A DNA stretch of 64,000 nt from an uncultured delta proteobacterium (GCA_963724765.1 CAVRVY010000003.1:768001-832000), one strand, 5' to 3'; positions 39,542-50,736 are shown, counted from the stretch's first letter. Notes: generated by a model from the sequence alone, not told the origin. Program-made: numbers and translations.

Positions 39542-41731
39542 ATGAATCATTCAAAGACTGCGGTATGGCGCGGACAGCCTCAGCCGCTCGGAGCGAGCTG
39601 GGACGGCGAGGGAGTGAATTTTGCACTCTTCTCCGAGCGTGCGGACCGCGTCGAACTTTGTTTGTTCGACTCAAGGACCCGGCGCGAGACCGAACGAATC
39701 CCGATGCGCTGGCAGACCAACCAGGTTTGGCACTGCTATCTGCCCGAGGCGCGGCCGGGATTGCTCTACGGCTACCGCGTGCACGGACCTTACGATCCGA
39801 AACAGGGGCTGCGTTTCAACCCACACAAGCTGCTGCTCGATCCTTACGCCAAGCATGTCGATGGCGATATCAAGTGGAGCGACGCGCTGTTCGGCTACCG
39901 CGTCGGCGGCGCGCGCGAAGATCTCACGATGGACCGGCGCGACGATGCGCCCGGGATGCCCAAGTGCCGCGTGGTCGATACCGCCTTCACTTGGGGCGAC
40001 GACCGGCCCCCGCGAGCTCCCTGGCATGACACGATCATCTACGAGCTGCACGTAAAGGGCTTCACCCAACTGCATCCGCAGATCCCGCCCCCTCTGCGCG
40101 GAACCTACGCCGGGCTCGCGACAGACCCCGTGATCGAACATCTCAAGCGCCTCGGCATCACCGCGGTCGAGCTGATGCCGGTGCATGCCTTCGTCGACGA
40201 GCGCAACCTGGTCGAAAGGAAACTCAAAAACTACTGGGGCTACAACTCGATCGGCTTCTTCGCGCCCGACATGCGCTACTCGGCCACCGGCTACATCAAT
40301 GAATTCAAATCGATGGTGAAGCGGCTGCACTCGGCCGGGATCGAGGTCATCCTCGACGTCGTCTACAACCACAGCGCCGAAGGAAACCATCTCGGCCCCA
40401 CGCTGAGCTTCCGCGGAATCGACAACACCGCCTACTACCGCCTGATACCCGGCGAGCCGCGCCTGTACATGGATTTCACCGGCTGCGGTAACACGCTGAA
40501 CATGATGCATCCGCGGGTGCTGCAACTGCTGATGGACAGCCTGCGTTACTGGGTCGTCGAAATGCACGTGGACGGCTTTCGCTTCGACCTTGCCGCGGCG
40601 CTCGCGCGCGAACTCTACGAAGTCAACCGCCTGAGCGCCTTCTTCGACGTGGTACATCAGGATCCCGTGCTCTCGCAGGTCAAACTCATCGCCGAGCCGT
40701 GGGATATCGGCGAGGGCGGCTACCAGGTCGGAAATTTCCCGGTCCTGTGGACTGAATGGAACGGCAGGTATCGCGACGCAGTGCGATCATACTGGAAGGG
40801 CGAGGGCGGCCTCATCGGAGAGCTCGCTTACCGGCTCACCGGCTCGAGCGATCTGTACGAGCTGAGCGGCCGGCGTCCCTACGCCAGCATCAATTTCATC
40901 ACCTGCCACGACGGCTTCACGCTCGAGGACCTGGTCAGTTATAATGGCAAGCACAACAACGCCAACCTCGAGCAAAACCGCGACGGAACCGACGACAACC
41001 GCAGTTGGAACTGCGGAACCGAAGGACCGGTGAGCGATCCGGGGGTTTTGACGTTGCGGGCCCGGCAGAAGCGCAATTTCCTCGCGACTCTGCTCCTGTC
41101 GCAAGGCGTGCCGATGCTCCTGGCGGGCGACGAAACCGGCCGCACTCAGCGCGGCAACAACAATGCTTACTGCCAGGACAACGAAATCAGCTGGATGCCC
41201 TGGAATCCCGACACCGAAGATCGCGAATTGCTGTCCTTTGTCAGCGAGCTAATCAAGTTCAGGAAGTCCCATTCCTGTTTCCGCCGGCGCAGCTTTTTTC
41301 AGGGGCCGCGCGTGAAGGGTACCGGCGTGAAAGATATCGTGTGGTTGACTCCCGATGGCCGTGAGATGACCGACGAGGAATGGCGTCAGTCGGAGGCGCG
41401 ATGCCTCGGCGTTTACCTGCAGGGCGACGCGACCAACGAAGACGATGACCAGGGACGGCCGGTCGTCGATGACGACTTCATTCTACTGCTCAATAGCCAT
41501 CACGAACCGATTCCGTTTCTGCTGCCCGGTCTTGGGGACCGCGAGGCCTGGCGAGTGGTCCTCGATACCGCTCGCGTCGATGGCGAGGCTTTTCTTCAAG
41601 GCGCAGAGCAGTTCCCGCTTAAGGCGAGGTCGCTTGCGCTGCTGACGAGAGTGAAGATTAGCGCGGCCGCCGGCAAGATCGCCCTGGGCGTCAAGCTTGT
41701 GGCCTCGACACCGGACCCGGTGGCGCGTTAA
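39542..41731 (+). CDS. glgX: Glycogen debranching enzyme
   Basis: GVNFALFS, NYWGYN, DVVYNH, DGFRFDLA, AEPWD, HDGFTL. Confidence 0.96.
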   Translation: MNHSKTAVWRGQPQPLGASWDGEGVNFALFSERADRVELCLFDSRTRRETERIPMRWQTNQVWHCYLPEARPGLLYGYRVHGPYDPKQGLRFNPHKLLLDPYAKHVDGDIKWSDALFGYRVGGAREDLTMDRRDDAPGMPKCRVVDTAFTWGDDRPPRAPWHDTIIYELHVKGFTQLHPQIPPPLRGTYAGLATDPVIEHLKRLGITAVELMPVHAFVDERNLVERKLKNYWGYNSIGFFAPDMRYSATGYINEFKSMVKRLHSAGIEVILDVVYNHSAEGNHLGPTLSFRGIDNTAYYRLIPGEPRLYMDFTGCGNTLNMMHPRVLQLLMDSLRYWVVEMHVDGFRFDLAAALARELYEVNRLSAFFDVVHQDPVLSQVKLIAEPWDIGEGGYQVGNFPVLWTEWNGRYRDAVRSYWKGEGGLIGELAYRLTGSSDLYELSGRRPYASINFITCHDGFTLEDLVSYNGKHNNANLEQNRDGTDDNRSWNCGTEGPVSDPGVLTLRARQKRNFLATLLLSQGVPMLLAGDETGRTQRGNNNAYCQDNEISWMPWNPDTEDRELLSFVSELIKFRKSHSCFRRRSFFQGPRVKGTGVKDIVWLTPDGREMTDEEWRQSEARCLGVYLQGDATNEDDDQGRPVVDDDFILLLNSHHEPIPFLLPGLGDREAWRVVLDTARVDGEAFLQGAEQFPLKARSLALLTRVKISAAAGKIALGVKLVASTPDPVAR

Positions 41732-41784
41732 ACCCAGCCGCATCCCCCGCGCGGCGTTTCGCTGTCATTCGTTATTGAAGAAGC

Positions 41785-42111
41785 CTAGACGCTCATGCGC
41801 CGCTTCGCGCGCGTGCGCCCACGCGACTTATGACAGCGGCATCCACACACGCTGTTGGCGCATCGCCCATGCCCGCCCGTGGCACATTCGATCACGTTGG
41901 TGGCGCTATTCAGCAAGACTTGCACTTCCGAGGCCAACGGTTCCTCGGGAAGGCTCGCCATCGGCTTCGTGGACTTGACGGAAAAGAGAGTGCCTGCAAC
42001 CTTGGCCGATTCTCTCGCCATCTGCGAGTTGGATAGCCACGACAAAGTGCCGGGCTGACCTAATCGCAGGACGCTGATGCTCTTGGGTGATTTCTTTTTA
42101 TTCAACGTCAT
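41785..42111 (-). CDS. Possible small Cys/His-cluster protein
   Basis: C-terminal CATGGHGRCANSVCGCRCH; no clear RBS. Confidence 0.3.
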   Translation of the reverse strand: MTLNKKKSPKSISVLRLGQPGTLSWLSNSQMARESAKVAGTLFSVKSTKPMASLPEEPLASEVQVLLNSATNVIECATGGHGRCANSVCGCRCHKSRGRTRAKRRMSV

Positions 42112-42532
42112 GGCAGCTCAAGGGTTACTGACACCTAAATACCGATCGCCTGAAAATCAGTTTAACAAGGTGCCGACTCCTAAAGGAAGGGAAGCACCAT
42201 CGCGTTGTGCCGAAAAAGTTCTTCGGGCGACCGATAATCGGCGAAAAGGTCTCGGTGTCAGCCGGAGAGGTTGACAAATTAAAACAGACCTTGCGAAGCA
42301 AAGCCTGCAATACTGTGCAACTTGGTGTAATTTCTTGTCGATCGGAAAATCTGCGATCTGTTGATAATTGAACATCGCGCCTGTCCGGCCACGGCCGATC
42401 CGCCGTCGGGCATTATGCACCTTGGCAGAGTGTTGTGACGTCGTTCGTCTTGGGCCCAAGTCCGCGGTGAACCCTGCCCCCTTGCTGGGGGCGAGGGTAA
42501 CAATAGGTTTGCCGCATACGGTTGCGCAGGAT

Positions 42533-43768
42533 CTATGGCGTGCAGAGTCCCGTCGGCGAACTGGCGATGCCCGTATTTCTGTACCAGGTATCATTCGTTC
42601 CCAAAGTTCCACTTCCTGTCGAACTGTCGCGGCAGTCGAATCCCGCGTTCTTACGCATCACGTTTTCCACCAGAAAGTTGCCCGAATTGCCTGCGTCGAC
42701 GCCGATGCCGTCCGCCCCGTTACGCCAGCTCATGTTGCCCACGATGATCGAATTGACGAGGGTGGTTGCCTGGGCGACGATGCCTGACTCTTCCATCTGA
42801 CTGACATTATTGTAGCTGATGCTGACATGCTGGCTGGTCCCAGACCCGAAAACAGTCGTGGCCGCTATCCCGATGGTCCCGCCCGTTGCGAGCGTATTGC
42901 CGCTGATCAACAAGCCATCGTTGCCGGGACCGATGGCCACCGCGGCGCCGCCACTACCGGGAAAGAGCGCGGCTGAACCAAGGAAGTTCTGGCCCTGGTT
43001 GTGACTGAACTCGGCGTTCGTTGTCCCCGTAAAAATGACGAATCCCCCATCCCTGCCTGACGTGTTTCCGCTAATACTCACATTTGAGCAGTTGTTGATT
43101 CCAATCGCGACCGTGGGATCTCCCCTGAAATTGTTATCTGCGATGGTCACGTTCTGCGCGCCAGACGTGAAGATGCCGTCGCCTGAGCCGACCGAATTGT
43201 TTCTGAAGAGGTTGCGTCTGATGACCACGTTGGTCACGGGCGCTGAACCTTCGAAATTCATGGAAAGAGCCTGACTGTTGTTCTGCAGAATATTATTTAA
43301 GATCAGCGCACCCGTGGCGGGATTAAGGCCCCCCTTGAGGTCGATGCCCGAGCCGTCAGCGGGCGAGCTAAAGCCCTGGATGGTGAAACCATCAATCACT
43401 ACGTTGGCGGCCTCCACGATAAATCCTGCCAGCGCGCCCGCCCCGGTCGCATTGACGACCGATTCATAAATCGAGTTCAAGCGTCCGATCCGCGCATCCA
43501 TCCCGGCGCGCGCGCCGAAGAAGATCAGGTTGGGAGTGGTCACCGTCACCGTCTCGCTGTAAATTCCACGGCCCACCAGGATGATGTCGCCGCTGGCGGC
43601 GGCATTTACCGCATTCTGTATAGTGGAATACGTCTGCTGGCAGCTTGCGTCGGTGCTGTTCACGCAGCGAATCGTGGCGGCGGCCAGGGCTTTTGTTGCG
43701 TTAAGAAAACTGAGGCCGACGACGATGGCGGCCAGAATCCATGATGCGCGAATCAGATAGCGTTTCAT
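42533..43768 (-). CDS. Secreted right-handed parallel beta-helix (PbH1/NosD-like) protein
   Basis: Signal peptide, TIQNAVNAAASGDIILV..GIY, repeated I..N.F..N units; GAGGAG RBS. Confidence 0.85.
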   Translation of the reverse strand: MKRYLIRASWILAAIVVGLSFLNATKALAAATIRCVNSTDASCQQTYSTIQNAVNAAASGDIILVGRGIYSETVTVTTPNLIFFGARAGMDARIGRLNSIYESVVNATGAGALAGFIVEAANVVIDGFTIQGFSSPADGSGIDLKGGLNPATGALILNNILQNNSQALSMNFEGSAPVTNVVIRRNLFRNNSVGSGDGIFTSGAQNVTIADNNFRGDPTVAIGINNCSNVSISGNTSGRDGGFVIFTGTTNAEFSHNQGQNFLGSAALFPGSGGAAVAIGPGNDGLLISGNTLATGGTIGIAATTVFGSGTSQHVSISYNNVSQMEESGIVAQATTLVNSIIVGNMSWRNGADGIGVDAGNSGNFLVENVMRKNAGFDCRDSSTGSGTLGTNDTWYRNTGIASSPTGLCTP

Positions 43769-44423
43769 CTGTACTCCTCAAATCCGGTTAGAGCGGCAAC
43801 ATAGCCGCGACGGCCGCGAATCGCATCTAGAGGGTGGGGTGTGAAGTCACTAAGTAGCATGCGCTATTAGTCATTTACAAGTCGTGACTGAGATTCATCG
43901 GAGATAGCTACTCAATAGTATGTTTAATCAAGATATGAATGACGAAGCCCGTCTTCTGTCCGCAAGCGATGTCACATTGACGCTTGGAAATGCCTCCTGT
44001 CTCAGGCGCAGACACGGATAGGCTCGGCGCAAGGGATCGAAAAGCCGCAATGGATCGGGATCGGCCACTCCTACGCGCGCGATCGGAGATTGTCTTTACC
44101 GGCTGCCTGATAGCTATGCGAAGTGAATTGTCGGAGCCGGAACTTGTTTGAGGCTACCCGCTATATCGAATAGCCCAGCCGCGCGGCGGCTGGCCGAACT
44201 CGCTTCGGACTCTCGTTGAGCAGCGCTGCGTTTCGGTCGGCGGACCGATCAGACAGGCATCTGGAAGACGACGCTTGCGGGGAAGACTGGCGTTAGAGCT
44301 TGGGAGTTGCGCGAGCCGGCGCCGGTGGCATGCGACGGAAAAAAGCGGCGCGCCGACCAGCGATTCGATCGCCGGGCGGCGCGCCGTGCTGCCGTTGGAT
44401 TTCTTTCGCTGTGGCGCCGGAGC

Positions 44424-45890
44424 TCAGCGGTGGAACTGCTCGAGCTTGCTGATGTCAAAGATCTTGCCCACCTGCTCGAGATTTGCCGCCGGATACCCGG
44501 TCCCGAAATCAGCAAAAAGCGTGGCGCGCTGGTTTATGTAATCGGTGGCGGTGATGCCCTGTATCTGGGTCGACTCCACGCCATGATTGATCTCGGCCCA
44601 TTCCTTGTAGTCCTCGGTCCAGCGCCCGGCATACACGATGGTCTTCCACAGCTTGTGCTGCCGATTGAACATCGCCGCCATCCAGGGATGCCAGTTCTCG
44701 GAATCCCAGAACATGACGACGCTGCTGTAAGGATGATCGGCCTTTTTGGAGATGCGCTCGACCACCGCCATGCTGCGGATTGACCAGACGTCATCGGGAA
44801 GGTTGCCGTTGGGTCCGTAATAGCTTCCGTAGTCGTTCTTGCCGTCCATCACGACCAGCATGTCCTTCCATCCGAGAAACTTGAACTTCCATTTCGCGAT
44901 GCGGTCGGAGAAGGTGTAGAAGTCCTCGTTGGTCTGATCGCTTCCGCCGAGCGAATCCTCCTTGACTTCGACCGAGACGCGCCGCACGCGCCGCGACTGC
45001 GGATCGTAGGCCCAGGCGTCGTCGGCGCGATGCGGATCGTTATAGCGGTAAGTGATGAAGACCTGGCCGCGCACGTCGAAGGGCGAGAAGAAGCCGGAGA
45101 ACTCCTTGTAGTATACGTCCTTGGCCTCAGGCAGCGGCAGCAGTCCGCCCTCGGCGGCGCGCGGCGCGAGATGGCTGAAGTAGACCCGCTCGTAAAGAAT
45201 ATTCGCCGTTTTGACAAATGTGCCACCGCCGCCGAAGAACTTCGGCGCGCCGCTCGGCAGCTTGCTCTTATACTCCACCCCGCTGATCCAACCCGCCGGC
45301 GGCGCTTCGACCGTCGCGGGCACCTGTCCCTGATGGTTGCCGCCGAAGCGGTCGTAGAGGAACAGGACGCTCATGATGATCGGGCCGTAGTTCCACCATC
45401 GAGCCTCGAAATTCCAGGCCGCCTTGTAGCCCGATAGCGGATCGGCGGCGCTCAGCGAGGCATCCGCGAAGGGCTGTCCGCAGAAGTAATTGGTCATCGA
45501 GCCGTCGGAATCGATCCTGACCTGCGCCTGGTACTTCTCCGTGCAATCCATATAATCCCTACGCGGCGTGTGGCTGCGCGTCGGGATGATCTCCATGCGC
45601 ATCTCGGGAAATCTGTACTGCTCGACGTACCCCGGCATCATGAATGGACGGATCCGCTCTAAGTCCTTGGCCGTCAGCACATCGCCTGGCTTGAAGTCAG
45701 GCTTCGCACTGCCATATTTCGCAAGCCATTGGTCGATGTCGGCGCGGGTCGTGTTGCGAGGATCCTGCGCGAGCGCCAGCGCCGCGCATGCCACTACCAG
45801 CGCCAGCGCCATGCTCAAGATGCTGCCCGCGCGCATCAGGCGCGCCCGCGCGACACAAATTCCCACCATCATAGAAGAGTCACTGGTCAC
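44424..45890 (-). CDS. DUF1329-like exported protein
   Basis: TEKY, GQPF, KAAWNF, DDAWAYDPQSRRVRRVS, HPYS. Confidence 0.8.
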   Translation of the reverse strand: MTSDSSMMVGICVARARLMRAGSILSMALALVVACAALALAQDPRNTTRADIDQWLAKYGSAKPDFKPGDVLTAKDLERIRPFMMPGYVEQYRFPEMRMEIIPTRSHTPRRDYMDCTEKYQAQVRIDSDGSMTNYFCGQPFADASLSAADPLSGYKAAWNFEARWWNYGPIIMSVLFLYDRFGGNHQGQVPATVEAPPAGWISGVEYKSKLPSGAPKFFGGGGTFVKTANILYERVYFSHLAPRAAEGGLLPLPEAKDVYYKEFSGFFSPFDVRGQVFITYRYNDPHRADDAWAYDPQSRRVRRVSVEVKEDSLGGSDQTNEDFYTFSDRIAKWKFKFLGWKDMLVVMDGKNDYGSYYGPNGNLPDDVWSIRSMAVVERISKKADHPYSSVVMFWDSENWHPWMAAMFNRQHKLWKTIVYAGRWTEDYKEWAEINHGVESTQIQGITATDYINQRATLFADFGTGYPAANLEQVGKIFDISKLEQFHR

Positions 45891-46159
45891 GAGATGTCTC
45901 CCTCACGAATTTCCAGCGGCCCGAGTCGCCCGCGCAGACCACAAGGTGCCCGCTGTAGTTTCAAAAACCAATCAGCCGTGTAACAGCTCCGTTATGTTGA
46001 TGTCTCAAGGCTTGGCCTCTGCCCCGAGCGTCAGCAGTGAGCATAGGAAACCGCAGAGCCTGTTCGCAAACGGATTAAGTTGGGCAGAATTCCTCAGGAG
46101 ATCGCTGGGCGCCCTACGCCGACCTTCGCTGCGCGGTAGCGGAGGACTCACATTGGCCG

Positions 46160-46852
46160 TTAATACTGATGATGAATAAATAGATAGTAGCGGCAGACCT
46201 TTTGACTTGGATTCACGAACCGGTAGTGGCCGAGAACCTCGAAAAACATGGAGTCGCCGGCGTCCAGACTGTAGACGACATCATTTACCTCGACGTTCAG
46301 TCGGCCTTCAATGACGACGACGTACTTGTCTGTCCGTGCCCTGAGATAGGGAGCCCCATCGAGGGCCCGGCCTTTGGGAAGCAGATGTTCGACAAGCTCG
46401 ACGCCCTTGTCCAGATGGGTCGGTGACAGCAAATGACGTTCAGCTCCAGTCTCCTGATCGCGAAACTTCAGGCGCTGTTGTTTACGAATCACCGACACTA
46501 TCGCGGGCTGGGATTCGTTGCTCATCAGTTGAGAAACCGTAACGCCGAGCCCGCTTGCGATGCCAACGAGTACGGATAGAGTAGGACTTTTTGCGCCAAG
46601 TTCGACCGAAGACAGCATCGCCCGGCTGACATTCGATAGTGCGGCGAGTTGCTCCAGTGTTATACCCGCCTTGACACGAAGACGCCGGACGGTTTCTCCG
46701 AACTTCCGTCTCAGCTCGTCCTTCTCACGCCCTTGCTGGTCAACTCGTGCAGGTATTGATTCCCGAATTGCTTCAGCCCGACGTTTTGGTCGAAACGGCG
46801 CGATTCGTGATCTATCAGACCGAGGGGTAGATTTGTCAGGCATCTTACGCAC
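46160..46852 (-). CDS. XRE-family HTH regulator with cupin domain
   Basis: LEQLAALSNVSRAMLSSVELGAKSPT, VIEGRL, L.AGDSMFF. Confidence 0.88.
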   Translation of the reverse strand: MRKMPDKSTPRSDRSRIAPFRPKRRAEAIRESIPARVDQQGREKDELRRKFGETVRRLRVKAGITLEQLAALSNVSRAMLSSVELGAKSPTLSVLVGIASGLGVTVSQLMSNESQPAIVSVIRKQQRLKFRDQETGAERHLLSPTHLDKGVELVEHLLPKGRALDGAPYLRARTDKYVVVIEGRLNVEVNDVVYSLDAGDSMFFEVLGHYRFVNPSQKVCRYYLFIHHQY

Positions 46853-47996
46853 CCGTATCGATACCTTTGCTGCTTAGTGGCCTTCGCAGTCCGGCCTGTT
46901 CCAACAGAGGCATGACCTTCTCGTTCCAGTAAGGAAGTTCAGCATTGTAGTCGACCAGCGAGATCAAGGTTCCGTCTACCCCCGTGCGGGACAACGCGAG
47001 GAGCCTGCTCGTCACCTGGTCAGCAGTTCCAACCAATGGATAGCCGCCCCATCCCGCAATGAAGTTCTCACGGAACTTGTCGAGATACTCCTTCGTGCAG
47101 GATCCGCTCTGAATCCCGAAAAGGTCGCAAACGTTATTCGCCGCCTCCCAGTCACCTTTTTCATGGACATAGTAATTGTAGTACTCTCGCGCCTCTCTCT
47201 CGGTGTCTCGCACGACAGCGTAGCAGGTAGTGAAAGTGCCGATCTCACGCTTGTGCTCGTCCCAAGCGAGCTTCTTTATCGCCTTCACCCAAGCTCTGCC
47301 GCTCTCCACGTCCTCTACAATCGCGAAGTTGATATCGCAGTAGCGGGCGGCGAATTCGCGGCCTTTGGGAGAGGTGCCGGCGCCGATCAGCAACGGTCGC
47401 GGATTTTGATACGGCTTCGGTTGGGAAAACCCCCGGTCGACCGTCAGGAATTTGCCCTTGTAGTCGAACCATTCCTCGGTCCAAAGCTTCAATACGATCT
47501 CGACCCACTCGCTCGCGTATTCGTAACGCGTGTCATGTTCCATCTGCTTGACGCCAAACATCTCCATTTCCGGCGTGAACCAGCCACAGACCATGTTGAT
47601 ACCGAATCGGCCCTTGGCGATGTGATCGATCGTAGTCGCCATCTTTGCCGCCACGATCGGATGTATCGTCGGAACGTGTGACGTGGCGAATAGAACGATC
47701 CTCTTTGTAACGGCGGCAAGCGCCGCCGCCCAGGTGTAGGTCTCCATGTTGCGGCCATTGAAATTGCTCGGCCCGCCAAAGCCACGCCAGCGCGCAATCG
47801 GCACTATACATTCGAACCCGGTGGCTTCGAGTAGGCCGGCAATCTCCACGTTCTTCTCGAAGGTCGGCTCGAAGCTGGTCTCGGCCAGCGTCATAGCGCA
47901 GGCATTGGAGCAATTTGGGCCAAAGATGCCAAGTTTTAGTGTGTTGTCGTTGAACATCGGATTTCCGGCTTCGCGATAGGCGTCCAAATTACCCAT
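46845..47996 (-). CDS. LLM-class flavin-dependent oxidoreductase
   Basis: ARWRGFGG, HPIVAAKMATTIDHIAKGRFGIN, PKP, LVGTADQV. Confidence 0.9.
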   Translation of the reverse strand: MGNLDAYREAGNPMFNDNTLKLGIFGPNCSNACAMTLAETSFEPTFEKNVEIAGLLEATGFECIVPIARWRGFGGPSNFNGRNMETYTWAAALAAVTKRIVLFATSHVPTIHPIVAAKMATTIDHIAKGRFGINMVCGWFTPEMEMFGVKQMEHDTRYEYASEWVEIVLKLWTEEWFDYKGKFLTVDRGFSQPKPYQNPRPLLIGAGTSPKGREFAARYCDINFAIVEDVESGRAWVKAIKKLAWDEHKREIGTFTTCYAVVRDTEREAREYYNYYVHEKGDWEAANNVCDLFGIQSGSCTKEYLDKFRENFIAGWGGYPLVGTADQVTSRLLALSRTGVDGTLISLVDYNAELPYWNEKVMPLLEQAGLRRPLSSKGIDTGA

Positions 47997-48068
47997 ATTG
48001 TTCCCTTCCAGGCTTGTCCGCAGATCTCAGTCCGCGTTTTGGGGCATAATGAGCAGCCTTGATCAGTG

Positions 48069-49547
48069 TCAGCGCATAACAAAAGGATTAGGCACGTCCG
48101 CATTACCGTTTATGAAGACACTCTTCGCCTGCAAATACTCCTTAATTGCCTCGATCCCGTTTTCTCGGCCTATCCCCGAGGATTTGAATCCGCCGAAGGG
48201 CGCAAGATAGCTCACAACTCGATAGGCATTAACCCAGACGGTGCCGGCCTGCAGACGCCTTGGCATTTTCACGGCACGCTCGATACTGCTGGTCCAGAGC
48301 GCGGCGGCAAGGCCGTAGGGCGTATCGTTCGCTATCTCAACCGCCTCATCGTCGGTGTCGAAGGGAATCACCACGAGGACCGGCCCAAAGACCTCTTCCC
48401 GAGCGATTCGCATATCGTTCCTCACATTGGTGAAGATGGTAGGCTCGACGAACCAGCCGTCTCCACAATTCGCACCCTGACCGCGTCGGCCGCCAATTAC
48501 GCACTTTGCACCTTCCTGCTTAGCGATATCGATATACTTCATGACCCGCTCTAACTGCGGCCGAGTTGAAAGCGGACCCATATTCGTGTCCGCGTTGTCC
48601 GGATCTCCAAGGCGGACGCGCGACATGAAGGCGACCAGTTTGTCCACGAACTCGTCATGGATGGACGAATGTATAATCAGGCGCGAGCCGGCCATGCAGG
48701 TCTGACCGCTTGCAGCGAACACTCCCGATACGACACCTTTGAGTGCCGCTTCCTGATTGGCGTCGGCGAAGACGATGTTCGGTGACTTGCCGCCGAGTTC
48801 AAGCGAAACGCGTTTGAAGGCTCCCCCTGCGGCCTCCCCGACTGCACGTCCGCCGGCTTCCCCGCCAGTAAAAGCGACTCGCCTGACGAGCGGATGCGTT
48901 GTCAGCACTTTCCCGACCTCTGCACCGTAGCCAGTAACCATGTTCACGACTCCAGGTGGAAACCCAACTTCCTCAAAAAGACGAGCGAAGGCGATCAACG
49001 CAGTGGACGCGAACTCCGAAGGCTTGATGACGACCGTGTTACCGGCTGCCAGTGCCGGTGCAACTTTCATTGTTGCGATCAGAAGCGGTGAGTTCCAGGG
49101 AACGATGCAGGTCACCACGCCTAGCGGTTCGTAGCTAACGTAGTGAAACATGCCAGGCTTATCGATCGGTGTGATCGAGCCCTCGATCTTGTCGGCAAGG
49201 CCGCCGTAGTACTGATACCACCGTGGCATATAGCGCTGATTTCCGAGCATCTCGGCCCTCAGCTTGCCCGTGTCGCGGACCTCGAGCTCGGCGAGTTTTT
49301 CCGCGTTCGCCGCCATAAGGTCGGCGAGTTTGTACAGCAGCAGGCCACGGTCGGCCGGGCTCATCTGACTCCAGGGACCTTTGGTGTACGCGTGATGCGC
49401 GGCCAATATGGCGGCTTCCGCGTCTGCCGGTCCCCCGCGCGGTATTTCGGCCCAGGCTTTGCCGGTGAAGGGATTCTCTGATTCTATCCATTCGTTCGAC
49501 GAGGCCGGTAGCCAGGCATCCCCGATGCGCATCCGAAATCGTTCCAT
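48069..49547 (-). CDS. Aldehyde dehydrogenase
   Basis: PWNSP, FTGG, LELGGKSP, GQTC, EEVFGPV, PFGGFKSSG. Confidence 0.95.
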   Translation of the reverse strand: MERFRMRIGDAWLPASSNEWIESENPFTGKAWAEIPRGGPADAEAAILAAHHAYTKGPWSQMSPADRGLLLYKLADLMAANAEKLAELEVRDTGKLRAEMLGNQRYMPRWYQYYGGLADKIEGSITPIDKPGMFHYVSYEPLGVVTCIVPWNSPLLIATMKVAPALAAGNTVVIKPSEFASTALIAFARLFEEVGFPPGVVNMVTGYGAEVGKVLTTHPLVRRVAFTGGEAGGRAVGEAAGGAFKRVSLELGGKSPNIVFADANQEAALKGVVSGVFAASGQTCMAGSRLIIHSSIHDEFVDKLVAFMSRVRLGDPDNADTNMGPLSTRPQLERVMKYIDIAKQEGAKCVIGGRRGQGANCGDGWFVEPTIFTNVRNDMRIAREEVFGPVLVVIPFDTDDEAVEIANDTPYGLAAALWTSSIERAVKMPRRLQAGTVWVNAYRVVSYLAPFGGFKSSGIGRENGIEAIKEYLQAKSVFINGNADVPNPFVMR

Positions 49548-49581
49548 TTTCGTTTCTCCCCTAAGGTTTCGCGCGTCCAGG

Positions 49582-49626
49582 GCAAAGCGGTCCTCGATCG
49601 ACCAACGCAAAGCGGTCCTCGATCGA
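49582..49626. repeat. 20-bp direct repeat (25-bp period) in a divergent promoter region
   Basis: gcaaagcggtcctcgatcga at 49582 and 49607. Confidence 0.85.
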
Positions 49627-49809
49627 AACGACCGGTAGTTCGCAGTGCGGCGCCACGCTTCGTCCCGCGCCGCTCCTTTTTTGATGCGGCCGACCGTACC
49701 ACGGAAGAGGACATTCCGCTATAGAAGATTTCTGAACGTGATGCGGCCGCTCGCGTCTCGATTGCCCAAATATTTGATCGTATTGTTGAGCACTTGAGAC
49801 GGAGGGCTT

Positions 49810-50595
49810 ATGCGCTGGGCACGGTTCGAACGGGATGGTCAGTCAAGCTACGGTCTTGTCGACGAAAACGGCATCCAGCCGGTCTTGGGCACACCGTTCG
49901 ATCGCTGGGAGCGCAACGGCGCGCCGGTGTCGCTGTCGGCGGTGAAACTGCTGGTGCCGCTAATACCACGCACTTTCTATGCATGTGGACTGAACTATGC
50001 GGAGCATATCCGCGCGGTTGCCGAGAAGATCGGCCAAAATCCGAACCTGCCAACGCAGCCGGACGTGGGATATCGCGCCAATAACGCGTTAATTGCTCAA
50101 GGCGAAACGATCGTAATTCCGCATGATGCCACGGACAAGGTCCAGTACGAAGGCGAACTCGTGGTAGTGATTGGCAAGAGGGCGAAAAACCTGAGTGAGG
50201 AGGACGCGCTTTCCTGCGTGTTGGGTTACACGATCGGCAATGACGTGAGCGAGCGAAACTGGCAGAAGAGCGACCGGACTCTGTGGCGGGCAAAGAATTC
50301 TGACACCTTCAAGCCAATGGGGCCCTGGATCGAGACTGAGGTAAAGCTGGCGGACCTGGTTACCATGATCCGGCTGAACGGGCGTGAGATGATTCGATTC
50401 CCGACCAACCACATGATCTTCAGCATCGAACGCTATATCGCTACGATGAGCCGCTACTTAACGCTGTATCCTGGCGACGTGATCTGGATGGGGACCGAGG
50501 GCGAGACCGCCAACATGAAACAGGGCGACACCGTGGAGGTCGAAATCACCGGCATCGGCACGCTCTGCAATCCGGTAATCCGCGAGCGTGTATGA
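49810..50595 (+). CDS. Fumarylacetoacetate hydrolase family protein
   Basis: GLNYAEH, YEGELVVVIG, GYTIGNDVSER, RAKNSDTF.PMGP, PGDVIWMGT. Confidence 0.93.
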   Translation: MRWARFERDGQSSYGLVDENGIQPVLGTPFDRWERNGAPVSLSAVKLLVPLIPRTFYACGLNYAEHIRAVAEKIGQNPNLPTQPDVGYRANNALIAQGETIVIPHDATDKVQYEGELVVVIGKRAKNLSEEDALSCVLGYTIGNDVSERNWQKSDRTLWRAKNSDTFKPMGPWIETEVKLADLVTMIRLNGREMIRFPTNHMIFSIERYIATMSRYLTLYPGDVIWMGTEGETANMKQGDTVEVEITGIGTLCNPVIRERV

Positions 50596-50736
50596 AAAAC
50601 GCTCCGCGGGCCCTTTTGGAATTCTCCAAGCGTCCGAATGCCCAAGACCGATCATCGTCGCCTCAGCTGCAGGGGGCGCTCTTTTACCGCTTCGAAATCT
50701 CGCTGTCGAGCACCAGCACGCCCGCCGAGCGCAAGC

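Noticed and set aside
43770-44420. ncRNA or riboswitch in the long intergenic region
   Set aside because: Only short generic hairpins; no family motif recognisable without an Rfam search
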